Positions 26,602 to 37,467 of a DNA stretch of 59,110 bases are shown here, in pieces (within the stretch, counting starts at the first letter, position 1; the number at the start of each line of letters is the position of its first letter). The notes under the pieces were generated by a model. It did no database searches and was not told the DNA's origin. It worked only from the letters and a program-made list of their open reading frames with translations. A program made the translations under genes and the position numbers. Origin of the DNA: an uncultured euryarchaeote (GTDB lineage: Archaea; Thermoplasmatota; Poseidoniia; Poseidoniales; Poseidoniaceae); the NCBI GenBank assembly GCA_937894115.1, contig CALBFP010000303.1, positions 1 through 59,110 of the forward strand, in the 5' to 3' direction.

Positions 26602-29600
26602 GTCGAAAAACCACATTGATTCCAAAGCGAATTGCTCAAATACGTTTCAGTCTGATGGATCCTGTTGAAATCAGAAAGATGTCTTCTGTGGAAGTCAAGA
26701 CGCCCGACACCTACAAAGACGACGGGCATGCCTACCGCCAAGGACTGATGGACCCCCATATGGGCGTTATCGAACCCGGTCTTGTGTGTCCAACGGACAA
26801 TTGCAAGTACGACGAATCACCTGGACACTTTGGACACATACAACTTGAACTTCCTGTCATCCACATCGGGTTTGTGAACCTGATTAAAACCGCATTGAAA
26901 TCCACATGTAAGGCTTGCAGTCAGGTACTCCTACACTCAGCAAAAGAGACGCATCCATCCAACCCAGAACTCTCTGAACAAGATTACTACCGTTCTCGAA
27001 TCAAAGACATCATCACCAAGCACGGTGTTGGTTCAACGGAATTTTCGAGCATCATAAAAGAAGTGGAGAAGGTCGCTTCAGCTAAAAATCGACGAACATG
27101 CATGCACTGTGGTGAAACGCAAGGAGAAATTCGACTGGATAAGCCAACCACGTTCAAAGAGAAAACCGAGAACATCGGTACCGGTGGAAAGGAAACAGAG
27201 CGCAAAATGAATCCTCGTGATGTACGAGAGTGGCTTGGAAGCATCCCCGATGAGCACCTGATTTTCATTGGCATGGACAAACAAAATCGGCCGGAATGGA
27301 CCGTTCTCAAGGTTCTACCTGTTCCACCTATCACCGTGCGACCATCGATTACCCTCGACAGTGGTGACCGCTCGGAGGACGACTTGACACACAAGTTGGT
27401 GGATGTTCTACGAATCAATCAACGTTTACAAGAAAACCGCGACTCTGGCGCACCGCAACTGATTGTTGAAGATCTCTGGGAGTTGTTGCAATATCACGTA
27501 ACCACCTACTTCGACAATCAAACGTCAGGTGTTCCACCTGCCCGACACCGTTCGGGACGTACACTCAAAACCTTAACACAGCGACTGAAAGGCAAAGAGG
27601 GACGATTCCGATCGAACCTTTCTGGAAAGCGTGTCAACTTTTGTGCGCGCTCCGTCATTTCTCCTGACCCATACCTCGGGGTCAACGAAGTCGGTGTCCC
27701 GGTCAAGGTTGCCAAGGAGTTGACGGTTCCAATCCGTGTCACACTCCGAAACCGCGAGCAGATGCGACAGATGATTCTCCGTGGCCCCGATGTTCACCCT
27801 GGTGTTAACTACATCGTGCGTGGAGACGGCCGACGCGTTCGAATCAACCCTCGCAGTCGACTGATCAACGCCGGATTCCGATGTCACAACCCCGAATGTG
27901 GTATCGATCAAGCAGGTCTCTATCACGGTGAAGCCTTCAACCTTCACTCGGTGCTTCCAGCACCGAATTTCCTTCCGGGTTTGGTCGTTCGTGAAGTTCG
28001 ACCGCTCGGTGAGGACGGTTCAACCGGTCACATCTCTGAATCCACTTACGTGGTTGACGATGAAGCCACACTTCGAAATCTTCGTGGTGAAGATGAATAC
28101 GGACACCCACTTCCTGAATCGGACCCACGAGCGGTTCTTCACTACCGTTGGATGCATGAACTTGCACAGGCTGACAACCCTGACCCAGAGCCGTTCCCAG
28201 AGCATTTGGACGTTTGTTGCCCTCACTGCAACAGCCCTGTTGACGACTTCGGTATGCCAACGCCAATCGAAGACCGACTTTCAACCGTTGACATACGCGG
28301 CAACCCGAAACCAGGAATGCAAGTTGAGCGCCACCTCATCGATGGTGATGTGGCAATCTTCAACCGACAACCATCACTTCACAGAATGTCTATGATGGTA
28401 CACGAGGTTCGTGTCATGGAAGGTCACACATTCCGCTTCAATCTTGCAGTTTGTACTCCATACAATGCCGATTTCGACGGTGATGAAATGAACCTTCACG
28501 TGATTCAGTCCGAAGAAGCTCGTGCCGAAGCAAAAATCTTGATGCGCGTACAGGAACACATCCTGACTCCTCGCTACGGTGGAGCCGTCATTGGAGGTAT
28601 TCACGATCACATCTCTGGTGCATACCTTCTTTCTCGCCCAGGTACTTTGGTTTCCAAAGCACACGGTCTTGAAATGCTTGGCAGCATCGACTACACGGGA
28701 GCACTTCCTGAAATCGTCAAAGATGAAAAGGGTAATGATGCATTTAGAGGTCAAGACCTCATTTCACTCATCGTTCCTGACAACATTAACCTCCGCTTTA
28801 TGTCTCGGAGCCGTGATGAAGTTCACGTCAAAGACGGTAACGTAGTAGGAACACTCGACAAGCGAGCCATCGGTGCTGAAGACGGACGCCTCCTCGATGC
28901 AATTGTGCAGAGCAATGGTTCGGAGAAAGGGGCCCAGTTCCTCAACGATTTTACTCGACTTTCGATTGCAGCCTGCACTTCACTCGGATTCACAACAGGT
29001 ATCGATGACGAAGATTTGAGTCGAACAGCACTTGAAGCAATCGATCAAGCCAACGAAACTGCACGTGCTCTCGTCGAAGAAGAGCTTGAACGGTTTGAGG
29101 CAGCCAAGGGCGACCCGAGGGTGTATGAGCCCCGACCCGGACGAACCATGCGAGAAACTCTTGAGGAGAACATCATGGTTATGCTCGATGAAGGAAAACA
29201 AGCTGCTGGTGACATAGCAAAGGATGAATTGAACCAATCCGGCTCGACCAACGCTGCAGTGAACATGGCAATTTCTGGTGCTCGCGGTTCCATGGACAAC
29301 CTCAACATGATGGCTGGTTCAATCGGTCAAGCGAAGGTACGTGGTAAGCGCCTTGAGCGAGGATACAATGAACGGGTTCTGCCGCATTTCAAGCGCGGTG
29401 GACGTGGAGCACAGGACCGTGGATTCATTTCAGGTTCATTCAAGCGCGGTCTCGAACCTACAGAGTTCTTCATGCTCTCGGTTTCAGGTCGCGAGTCTCT
29501 GGTCGATACCGCTGTCCGTACATCGAAGTCGGGATACATGCAACGTCGACTGATTAACGCCATGGACGATTTGAAGGTGTTCAACGACGACATGCTTTCG

Positions 29601-29831
29601 GTTCGAAACACAGCGAACCGCATCATTCAGTTCTCTTACGGTGAGGATGGAATCGATCCAAGCCGTGGCGTGCACGGTGCTGCTTTCAACATCGATGTCA
29701 TCATCGATGGTGCCCTCGGTACACAAGGTGGAACCAAAGACACTCGCGAAAGCATCGAACAGGAAGAGCGCGAAGATGATCTCGGAGCATGGGATGATGT
29801 CGAAGAATTCCATGATGGAGGTGAGGTCTGA
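26598..29831 (+). CDS. rpoA1: RNA polymerase subunit A' with a lineage-specific insertion
   Basis: 1077 aa. It has the zinc-binding N-terminus, [12 protein letters not shown] and the catalytic [10 protein letters not shown]. It is about 190 aa longer than typical A' subunits. Confidence 0.97.
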   Translation: MSRKTTLIPKRIAQIRFSLMDPVEIRKMSSVEVKTPDTYKDDGHAYRQGLMDPHMGVIEPGLVCPTDNCKYDESPGHFGHIQLELPVIHIGFVNLIKTALKSTCKACSQVLLHSAKETHPSNPELSEQDYYRSRIKDIITKHGVGSTEFSSIIKEVEKVASAKNRRTCMHCGETQGEIRLDKPTTFKEKTENIGTGGKETERKMNPRDVREWLGSIPDEHLIFIGMDKQNRPEWTVLKVLPVPPITVRPSITLDSGDRSEDDLTHKLVDVLRINQRLQENRDSGAPQLIVEDLWELLQYHVTTYFDNQTSGVPPARHRSGRTLKTLTQRLKGKEGRFRSNLSGKRVNFCARSVISPDPYLGVNEVGVPVKVAKELTVPIRVTLRNREQMRQMILRGPDVHPGVNYIVRGDGRRVRINPRSRLINAGFRCHNPECGIDQAGLYHGEAFNLHSVLPAPNFLPGLVVREVRPLGEDGSTGHISESTYVVDDEATLRNLRGEDEYGHPLPESDPRAVLHYRWMHELAQADNPDPEPFPEHLDVCCPHCNSPVDDFGMPTPIEDRLSTVDIRGNPKPGMQVERHLIDGDVAIFNRQPSLHRMSMMVHEVRVMEGHTFRFNLAVCTPYNADFDGDEMNLHVIQSEEARAEAKILMRVQEHILTPRYGGAVIGGIHDHISGAYLLSRPGTLVSKAHGLEMLGSIDYTGALPEIVKDEKGNDAFRGQDLISLIVPDNINLRFMSRSRDEVHVKDGNVVGTLDKRAIGAEDGRLLDAIVQSNGSEKGAQFLNDFTRLSIAACTSLGFTTGIDDEDLSRTALEAIDQANETARALVEEELERFEAAKGDPRVYEPRPGRTMRETLEENIMVMLDEGKQAAGDIAKDELNQSGSTNAAVNMAISGARGSMDNLNMMAGSIGQAKVRGKRLERGYNERVLPHFKRGGRGAQDRGFISGSFKRGLEPTEFFMLSVSGRESLVDTAVRTSKSGYMQRRLINAMDDLKVFNDDMLSVRNTANRIIQFSYGEDGIDPSRGVHGAAFNIDVIIDGALGTQGGTKDTRESIEQEEREDDLGAWDDVEEFHDGGEV

Positions 29832-31399
29832 TGGTCGTTAAGAGTGCAACCAAGAAGAAGCTCATGGATTTGGGCATCGCTGAGAACTTCGCTCATACAC
29901 TTGCGAATGATCGAAAGTGGGATGACGTCAAGGTTCTCTCCGCACAAGACATCGCTCAAGTTTGCGAAACGGATTCTGAGACTGCTGGATCGATTCGAGA
30001 CACCATCGAAGGGGCTCTCAAGAAGAATCGTGCTGCCGGCTCCGAAGCTACCGGGCCTACAACCAACGTTCGCCTCAAACGACGTGTTAGTACAAGAACA
30101 CGCTCGCGTGCTAAGATTGCAGCAGATCTCGATTCCTATAAAATGGATAAAAAAATCAGTTCGTTTGAGGATGAACTCGCAAAAGACCCAGTCTACAAGT
30201 CCCTCAGAGCAGCCATCGACGACCTAGGAACAAACCGGTTCAGTGACAAAATTGTTCACGACATGACCGTTGCCATCCACGATCGTAACATCAAGAAATT
30301 GACGAAGAAGCAGGCTTCCACACTGGTCGCAGACGCCTACGATGCTTTGGACAAAGCAAGCATCGACCCCTTCGAAGCAGCTGGGATCATCACCGCACAA
30401 TCCATTGGTGAACCAGGAACACAGATGACCATGCGTACGTTCCACTATGCAGGTGTTGCGACGGTTAACGTAACGCAAGGTCTACCTCGTATCATTGAGA
30501 TTGTTGACGCACGAAAGATTCCAAGCACTCCAACGATGATCATTCGCTTGAAGGGTGAAAAAATGAACTCTTCAACCGAAGCTCAAAAATTAGCAGCCGC
30601 TCTTGAGGTCACCACAACAGCCAACATCGCTAACATCGAGACCGATGTTGCCCAACGCCGCTTGGTTTTGAAACTCAACAAAGGCCTTCTGAAGCAGAAA
30701 AACATGACGGGTAATGAAGTCAAAGACAAGCTTGAGCGTGCATTGCGAACGTTGGTACAGGCTGACAAAGACAAGAATCCCGGTGTTTTGACCATCATAC
30801 CCGGTGTTTCAAGCGAAGAAGATCTTGCTGATTTGCAAGAGAATCCACCGTCGTATACCATGTTGTTGCAACTCGAAGAGAAGATTCGTGACCTACGGCT
30901 CAAAGGCGTACCAGGAATTGAGCGTGCAAACGTCCAATACGATGATAAAAAAGAGGAATACTACCTCTCGACCATTGGTTCGAATCTCTCACGGGTCAGT
31001 GAAATCGAAACCATTGACCGAACCCGAACTTACACCAACAACATCATTGAAATTTTCAACTATCTGGGTATTGAAGCAGCGCGTCAAGCCATTATCAATG
31101 AACTTGAATCAACGCTGCTCAGTGCTCGACTTGAAGTCGATGTCCGCCACCTGTTGATGGTTGCTGATGTTATGACTTCAGAAGGAGAAGTACGAGCGAT
31201 CGGTCGACACGGTGTTTCGGGTACAAAGCACAGTATTCTTGCTCGTGCAGCCTTCGAAGTTACGGTCAACCATCTTCTAAAGGCAGGTATCATTGGAGAA
31301 ACCGACCGACTTACCGGTGTTGCTGAGAACATCATTGTTGGACAACCCATTTCACTTGGAACAGGAAGTGTTGAGTTGTTCTACATCCCAGAGGAATGA
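29831..31399 (+). CDS. rpoA2: RNA polymerase subunit A'' with ~130-aa N-terminal extension
   Basis: 522 aa. The A'' core begins near [30 protein letters not shown] is present, and the start overlaps the rpoA1 stop (ATGA-type). Confidence 0.95.
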   Translation: MVVKSATKKKLMDLGIAENFAHTLANDRKWDDVKVLSAQDIAQVCETDSETAGSIRDTIEGALKKNRAAGSEATGPTTNVRLKRRVSTRTRSRAKIAADLDSYKMDKKISSFEDELAKDPVYKSLRAAIDDLGTNRFSDKIVHDMTVAIHDRNIKKLTKKQASTLVADAYDALDKASIDPFEAAGIITAQSIGEPGTQMTMRTFHYAGVATVNVTQGLPRIIEIVDARKIPSTPTMIIRLKGEKMNSSTEAQKLAAALEVTTTANIANIETDVAQRRLVLKLNKGLLKQKNMTGNEVKDKLERALRTLVQADKDKNPGVLTIIPGVSSEEDLADLQENPPSYTMLLQLEEKIRDLRLKGVPGIERANVQYDDKKEEYYLSTIGSNLSRVSEIETIDRTRTYTNNIIEIFNYLGIEAARQAIINELESTLLSARLEVDVRHLLMVADVMTSEGEVRAIGRHGVSGTKHSILARAAFEVTVNHLLKAGIIGETDRLTGVAENIIVGQPISLGTGSVELFYIPEE

Positions 31400-31441
31400 T
31401 TCCAACCATGAGAAACACGTGTGGAGAATGGAGGAAGAAAT

Positions 31442-31741
31442 ATGGATTTAAGTCGACAATTAAAAACTGCAATCACAACGGGGAGCTTACTTTTTGGACA
31501 ACGTCAAACCCTTGATGCCTGCGCACGAGGGGACGCTCGTCTTGTTTTGCTCGCAGCGAACTGCCAACCCGAGTACATCGATGAACTTCGAGCACGTCAT
31601 CCTGAAGTGACCGTACATCAAGCCCTGATTGTCAATCGAGAACTTGGTGTTGCGTGCGGTAAGCCGTTCAGTATCTCAACGATTTGCGTTCTCGATGCAG
31701 GAGATAGCGAATTGTTGCAACTTGATGACAATTTGGCTTGA
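31442..31741 (+). CDS. rpl30e: Ribosomal protein L30e
   Basis: 99 aa with GDARLVLLAANCQPE and ELGVACGKPFSISTICVLDAGDS. A GGAGGAAG SD lies before the ATG at 31442. The track start at 31421 is a GTG that lies inside the SD region. Confidence 0.88.
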   Translation: MDLSRQLKTAITTGSLLFGQRQTLDACARGDARLVLLAANCQPEYIDELRARHPEVTVHQALIVNRELGVACGKPFSISTICVLDAGDSELLQLDDNLA

Positions 31742-31795
31742 TTTACTCAAACGACAAATGAAAGGCTTGATGTCTGTTAAGGCCATAGCCTAACC

Positions 31796-34700
31796 ATGCG
31801 CCAACACTTGAACGGACTCTGTGCTGTCTTCCTCATCTCCATAATGCTTGGTTCTGTAGCGTTACCACAGTTCCCAAATGCTGAAAAGAAGGTTACGGAA
31901 CTTGACGAATCGCCAGAATCGTTCTTGACAAGTAGCCGTTCTGCACCCAGTACAATTCTTGCCACAGGGTCTGGTCAAGCCAACGAAGATGGAGAACACA
32001 TCGTAGCCCTTCCAAATGGCGGCTGGGTTGTGGGAATGTCGGAATGGACAAACTCGACATTGACCTATGGGACTCATACGCTCTCTACAACCTCTCCCTT
32101 CAATTCGATTGGATATGGTGAATTCTTCCTAGCAATGATGGATGACCAAGGGTCCTGGACTGGATTCATAAGCGCTGACCACAGCATTGGCAGTGGCGGT
32201 CTATCGATACTCACCGACGTTACTGTTGGTATGGCTGGGGAAATTTTTGTTTGCGGTTATTTTTACGGAGAAATTGCATTTGGTCCACCAGGTCCAAATA
32301 CCATTATTACAAACCTCAACTCTGGATATCATCTCGAAGGGTTTGTTGCGAAAGCAGACCCAATGGGTAATTGGATGTGGGCCACGAGTTTCACAACTTT
32401 GGTGAACGGTTCTGGAGAATTCAGCAGAGCCAAGTCGTTATCCGTTGATATGATGGGCGATCTGTTTGTCTCGGGTGAGTTTAGTGGTGAAACCGATTTT
32501 GGTGGCCAGAGCATAAATGCAACAAGCCGTGACGTCTTTATTGGAAAATTTGACGGGAACATGGGTACACTCAACTGGGTCATCAATGGAGGTGGAATTG
32601 GTACGGACCAAGTTTTTGATATGGCGGGTACACCATCAGGCGGTGTCAAATTGGCCACGTCAACAGACGGCGTCTCCCAGTGGGGAGCCAACACATACAT
32701 AGCAAATGGAAATCTTGACGCCGTTCTTGTCGATATTGATGCTAATGGAGGTGTGGTTGGCACGACAGGGATTGGAACGAGTGGCCAAATTACTGCAGTC
32801 TTGAAAATCCACGTCGATGGAGGTGGGAACACGTTCATGGCTGGGACTTTTGATGGAACAATTACCAGTGGAGGTTGGACTGCAACCGCAAGTTACGGTG
32901 GTAACGATATCTTTGTTGCAAAGAGTGCTGTGAACCAAGCCAACAGTTGGGCACTCGTTTCAGGCACAAACGCATACGACGAACCGCGAGCGCTTGCTGT
33001 AACCTCAAACGGTGGTGTTGTTTACGGTGGTTCCCTTGGCTCAACATTTACAGCGGGTTCTAAATCGATTTCAAACTCAAACGACGACGGTTTTGCCGTT
33101 GGTCTCTCCACAACTGGTTCGGTCAATTGGATTGAAAAGATTGGAGGATCACAATACGATTACGTTTGGGCTATGGATGTAAACAATTCAGATTACGTTG
33201 GTGCTGCAGGGGCTTTCTCCGGTTCTATGACGCACAAAGGAGTCTCGGTCACATCTGGAGGTTACCGCGATGTCTTTGCTTGGATTTTTGATCCAGCAGG
33301 ACTGATTGATACCGATGGTGATGGAGTCGTGGATTCAGCACCCGATAATTGTCCGACAGTTCCAAATTCTGATCAAGCCAATACAGACGGTGACTCAGAG
33401 GGGGATGCTTGTGACTCCGACGACGATAACGATGGACTGACGGACAGCTTCCCAGACAATTGCCCAAGAAATGGTGAATTCAATTGGACCAGTGATCGCG
33501 ATTTCAATGACCCTGCATCTTCGACCGATTGGGACAACGATGGGTGCAAAGACGATTCCACCGAAGACCTCGACGATGACAATGACGGTGTGCAAGATGC
33601 AGACGATGCCTGTCCACGCACCAGTTATTCTCCTCCACGACCAACATGGGTTTCGGATACAACAACCGACACTGATGGTGATGGCTGCCGAGATTCGGAT
33701 GAAGACTTGGACGATGACAACGATGGCTTTGAGGACGCTGCAGACGATTGTCCTACGGTTGTTGGAACATCCAGTCTCGGTACAGACGGATGCATTGATT
33801 CCGATGGTGACCTCTGGTCGGATACAACCGATGATTGTCCGACTGAGGCGGGAAATTCAACAGAAGGCGGATTGAACGCTTGTCCCGATCAGGACGGCGA
33901 TGGTTGGGCCGATTCGATTGATGATATGCCAATGGACCCAACGGTTTGGAGCGACCTCGATGATGATGGATTTGGCGACAATCTTGGAAGTACACCTGCC
34001 GATGCATGTCCACAAACACCGGGTACATCAACGGCGGACCGCTACGGTTGTGTCGATGCTGATGGTGATGGTTACTCAACACCGACAGAGGATTGGGGCG
34101 TCGACAGTGGTGCGGATGCATTCCCAAGCGATTCGACCCAATGGAGCGACTTCGATGAGGACGGTTTTGGTGACAATTACGGAAACGCTTCATGGACGGA
34201 TCGGCCAGAAAACTGGGTAGGAATCTTTGTTGATGGGGCCCAAGATCAAGATGCTTGTCCGATGCAACCTGGAACCAGTTGGCGTAACGGCATCCTCGGA
34301 TGTCCGGATTCCGACGGTGATGGTTGGTGGGATGTGCAAGATGCCTTCCCTACAGAAGCGACGCAACACTCGGATGTTGATGGTGATGGTTTCGGTGACA
34401 ATCAGAGCGGAGTGAATGCTGATGCATGTCCAAACATAGGTGGGAACTCAACGTTCGATCGTCTTGGTTGCATCGATACGGACGGCGACGGACGGTCCGA
34501 CCCTGAGTTGAGTTGGACGTTTATTGACGGTGGTGACGAATTCCGCCTCGAATCAACACAGTGGTCTGATTCCGATGATGATGGTTACGGGGATGAAATT
34601 GATGGTTTCCAAGGAGATGCTTGTCCAACTGTTTACGGTTTATCGTTTGAGGACCGGTTTGGTTGCCCAGATACGGACCGCGATGGTTATTCCGACCCCG

Positions 34701-35143
34701 ATGCAAACTGGACGATTGAAGACGGCGCTGATGCCTACATAACCGATTCAACAGCGTATGTGTACGTCGAACCGGTAGAAGTAGAGAGTGAAGAAGAGAA
34801 CTTTTTCACAAGTCCGCTGATGCTCATTGTGTATGCTTCAATCGTGTTGGTTCTCGTAGGATTGGGATTCATGATGACTCGACGTTCCAAGAAAGAAGAA
34901 TCAATCGATATCGCCTCGTTTGGTAGTCAACAACCAATGATGCAACAAATGACGGTTCCCCTTGCTCAAACCAATCCGTATCAGCAACCTGTACAAAATC
35001 AGACTTATACGCAGGTCGCTGCCCCTCAGCCGGTTCAACCTGATCCTGCAATGGAATACTACAACGGTTTACTCGCACAAGGATACACGCCCGAACAGGC
35101 TTCAATGTATACAAAGCAGTATTTCCCTCAATTCAACCACTGA
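31796..35143 (+). CDS. Giant surface protein: signal peptide, SBBP-like beta-propeller repeats, thrombospondin type-3 (Ca-binding) repeats, TM anchor and Gln/Pro-rich tail
   Basis: 1115 aa. N-terminal repeats look like GDLFVSGEFSGETDFGG. There are more than 15 DxDxDGxxDxxDxCP-type repeats. The TM helix is LMLIVYASIVLVLVGLGFMM. Confidence 0.85.
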   Translation: MRQHLNGLCAVFLISIMLGSVALPQFPNAEKKVTELDESPESFLTSSRSAPSTILATGSGQANEDGEHIVALPNGGWVVGMSEWTNSTLTYGTHTLSTTSPFNSIGYGEFFLAMMDDQGSWTGFISADHSIGSGGLSILTDVTVGMAGEIFVCGYFYGEIAFGPPGPNTIITNLNSGYHLEGFVAKADPMGNWMWATSFTTLVNGSGEFSRAKSLSVDMMGDLFVSGEFSGETDFGGQSINATSRDVFIGKFDGNMGTLNWVINGGGIGTDQVFDMAGTPSGGVKLATSTDGVSQWGANTYIANGNLDAVLVDIDANGGVVGTTGIGTSGQITAVLKIHVDGGGNTFMAGTFDGTITSGGWTATASYGGNDIFVAKSAVNQANSWALVSGTNAYDEPRALAVTSNGGVVYGGSLGSTFTAGSKSISNSNDDGFAVGLSTTGSVNWIEKIGGSQYDYVWAMDVNNSDYVGAAGAFSGSMTHKGVSVTSGGYRDVFAWIFDPAGLIDTDGDGVVDSAPDNCPTVPNSDQANTDGDSEGDACDSDDDNDGLTDSFPDNCPRNGEFNWTSDRDFNDPASSTDWDNDGCKDDSTEDLDDDNDGVQDADDACPRTSYSPPRPTWVSDTTTDTDGDGCRDSDEDLDDDNDGFEDAADDCPTVVGTSSLGTDGCIDSDGDLWSDTTDDCPTEAGNSTEGGLNACPDQDGDGWADSIDDMPMDPTVWSDLDDDGFGDNLGSTPADACPQTPGTSTADRYGCVDADGDGYSTPTEDWGVDSGADAFPSDSTQWSDFDEDGFGDNYGNASWTDRPENWVGIFVDGAQDQDACPMQPGTSWRNGILGCPDSDGDGWWDVQDAFPTEATQHSDVDGDGFGDNQSGVNADACPNIGGNSTFDRLGCIDTDGDGRSDPELSWTFIDGGDEFRLESTQWSDSDDDGYGDEIDGFQGDACPTVYGLSFEDRFGCPDTDRDGYSDPDANWTIEDGADAYITDSTAYVYVEPVEVESEEENFFTSPLMLIVYASIVLVLVGLGFMMTRRSKKEESIDIASFGSQQPMMQQMTVPLAQTNPYQQPVQNQTYTQVAAPQPVQPDPAMEYYNGLLAQGYTPEQASMYTKQYFPQFNH
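33308..34740 (+). repeat. Coding tandem array of thrombospondin type-3-like Asp-rich calcium-binding repeats
   Basis: Reiterated motifs DTDGDG, DSDGDGW, DxDDDGFGDN and (A/D)CP(x)xxG occur throughout the translation. At the DNA level these appear as recurring gatggtgatgg / gacggcgatgg units. Confidence 0.8.
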
Positions 35144-35193
35144 ATTGAACTGCATTTTGAAGCGGCGCAGTATTCGAATGCGGTTTGATGCAA

Positions 35194-36417
35194 TCACGTG
35201 AGGACTTCGAGTAATCGGTCTTGCTCAGCAGCCATTCGGAGTTCCATAGCAATACGACGGCCACTGCTCATTGGTTGGCGCCAGAGAGCGTTACCGTAGG
35301 GGTGGCCGACACTGACGTGGACGTTGGTTCCTCCACCTAACCTTGGAGCGACGTCGTAAATCCAATAATTCATGTCCTTGTCGATGCATGTCTGCAAGCA
35401 GAACGGGCCAATGATTCCAGGACTGTAGTGCTCCTTACTTGCGTTGACGAATTTTTCTCCTAGTTCAAACGCCTTCTCCAACAACGACTCTCGAATGGTG
35501 GCAGTATTGTGGCCAACAACAGTCATTTCTGGAATTTTTTGATGTGCCGGCATTGTCATTTGTTGCGGGGCGGGCAGACGGACATGTCCATCCAATGATG
35601 ACTCGAATCTCCAATCAACGCCGAGAAGTTCCAATTTTTCTCCCTCATCTGCAAGTGGACTGTAAAAAAAGTTGAGATTAAACACTGGGCCGATAACATA
35701 GCGTTCAATGCGAGCACCATCAAGCGAAGCTTGGTCAATAATTCCATCTTTCAAAAGAACGCTTGACTTTTCCTTGTATTCTTCGTAAGAAGCACAAGTA
35801 AAGAAACCACGCTCAAGCTTCTTCTGAGCGTGGTGAAGTTTAACGATAACAAGACAATCGATGTCTTCTGGGTTTTCAATCGCTTCAGGATACGGTAATC
35901 CTGCTTTGTCCAGAATCCAATAGTAATCTTGTTCTTCTGTTCTTTCTTCCATACGCAACATGTTACGAGAACCAAAAAGAGGAACTTTGAATTTGTTTTC
36001 AACGTCCTCAATCGATGAGTAGGAAGTAAACGATCGATTGGGAATGTATACAACATTGCGTTTTCTCATCTCAATTTGCATGGATTCATCCATGATATCG
36101 TTGAATGAAGGCATAACGATTGCCTTGTCGACCATGCCGCGAAGCACACGTCCGGAGCTCGATCGTTTTGTTTTGAAGTAATTGGCGTACGTCTTGTGAC
36201 GTCCGTCTTGACAATAGGCAACCGTCGGAAAACCTTCCTCGATTCCACCATCACAAATATCCAATGCAGAGTGCGATGCGGTCATCCCAATCCGGAGTTT
36301 CATCCTGTCGTACTCTTCGATGATTTGTGCAATATCATCACGTTGAAGCATGGTTCTCATCCTTTCCTCGTCAATCACGGTCTTTGATACCATCGATTCA
36401 GCAACATCATTAGTCAA
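35194..36417 (-). CDS. purP: 5-formaminoimidazole-4-carboxamide ribonucleotide (FAICAR) synthetase, ATP-grasp
   Basis: 407 aa. IGMTASHSALDICDGGIEEGFPTVAYCQDGRHKTY parallels the PurP N-terminal block (GSHSALQI..GAK.EGF). This is an archaeal-specific purine enzyme. Confidence 0.75.
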   Translation of the reverse strand: MTNDVAESMVSKTVIDEERMRTMLQRDDIAQIIEEYDRMKLRIGMTASHSALDICDGGIEEGFPTVAYCQDGRHKTYANYFKTKRSSSGRVLRGMVDKAIVMPSFNDIMDESMQIEMRKRNVVYIPNRSFTSYSSIEDVENKFKVPLFGSRNMLRMEERTEEQDYYWILDKAGLPYPEAIENPEDIDCLVIVKLHHAQKKLERGFFTCASYEEYKEKSSVLLKDGIIDQASLDGARIERYVIGPVFNLNFFYSPLADEGEKLELLGVDWRFESSLDGHVRLPAPQQMTMPAHQKIPEMTVVGHNTATIRESLLEKAFELGEKFVNASKEHYSPGIIGPFCLQTCIDKDMNYWIYDVAPRLGGGTNVHVSVGHPYGNALWRQPMSSGRRIAMELRMAAEQDRLLEVLT

Positions 36418-37291
36418 AGCGTTGCAATTCCATCAATTCCTCGGTTGTAAGCGTGTCTCCAGACATCAACTTGCTCATCAAATCTTGAACTTCGACTCGG
36501 GCTGCTGGGCGTTCACCTTCACCAGCTTCTGCACTGCGTCTTGCTCGCATCATGTCTTGAATCGAGTGAAGACAACGCAGTGAAACGATGTAGAATCGGT
36601 GTGCTTTGTCGGCTTCCTGTTTTGTGTTGCGCAATTCACGGTGTTTGGAATTTGCGCGCTCACGTTGCTTGTTGACTTCTTGGTCCCACTGAATCATCAA
36701 ATCGTGCGCTTCTTGTGCAGCCGCCGCTGCCTCTTGGACGGATTGGTGGGCTTCGTCGTGTTCTTTTCGCGCTGCAGTGAGTTCTTGGTTCTCACTGGAT
36801 TCAGTATTGAGAAGTTCCTGGTCTTTTTTCATTTGTCGAATCTTGGCGTTGAGATCCTTGAGCCGCTTCATTACCTTTCCTTCGTTTTTTCCTGTGTGCT
36901 CTCCACGCTCGAATTCACGTTCAAGGCGGCTAAATTCACGCTGGAGTGATTGCAAGGTAATTGGGCGTTCCCGACGTCCCCTTGGTCCGCGTTCGGTTGG
37001 TTTTTCCTCGGGTTTGTCGGTGCGGAGTTTGTCTCGTATTTCTGAGACCTTCTTACTTGCTTCATTCCGAACGCCCTTCTTTTCACGTACAACTTGATTC
37101 ATTTGTTCCCGGACTTGTTTTTGTTGATCGGAGAGTTTAATCAATTCACGAACTTCTGCATTGAATTCATTTCTTTGGGAAACCAATTCCTTGGTTTTCT
37201 CATTCCATGAATCCCTTTCTTCACGGTGCTGGGTCGCTTTATCGTCAAGAATTGAGCGTCGTTCTTCAAAGAGTTGTTTGAAATCATTCAT
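36410..37291 (-). CDS. Archaeal coiled-coil protein (COG1340-like), paralog 1
   Basis: Highly charged heptad-rich sequence. Shared blocks with paralogs are RDSWNEKTKEL..QRNEFN, LEREFERGEHTGKNEGKVMKRLKDL, EAHQSVQEA and the C-terminal SGDTLTTEELMELQR. The ATG at 37291 is preceded by a GGGAGTGA SD. Confidence 0.7.
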   Translation of the reverse strand: MNDFKQLFEERRSILDDKATQHREERDSWNEKTKELVSQRNEFNAEVRELIKLSDQQKQVREQMNQVVREKKGVRNEASKKVSEIRDKLRTDKPEEKPTERGPRGRRERPITLQSLQREFSRLEREFERGEHTGKNEGKVMKRLKDLNAKIRQMKKDQELLNTESSENQELTAARKEHDEAHQSVQEAAAAAQEAHDLMIQWDQEVNKQRERANSKHRELRNTKQEADKAHRFYIVSLRCLHSIQDMMRARRSAEAGEGERPAARVEVQDLMSKLMSGDTLTTEELMELQRFD

Positions 37292-37467
37292 CGTGTTCAC
37301 TCCCGTTCTGTGGCAACCTTGGATATGCCACAAACAACGGACCTATCACGCCCATATAACCCCTTCACTCCAGCAAATAGATTCTAACACAACGAAAAGG
37401 AATGTTCAAAATCATCAAGAAGTTCCTCTGTATTGGTGAGATATTGTTTCTGGGTGGCCTACAAGGG

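Noticed and set aside
33249-34751. Apparent tandem DNA repeats and many short ORFs on both strands; I considered a CRISPR array, satellite or mobile repeat
   Set aside because: The periodicity comes from reiterated Asp/Gly codons of the thrombospondin type-3 repeats in one continuous 1115-aa frame. There is no repeat-spacer structure. The short ORFs are shadow frames.
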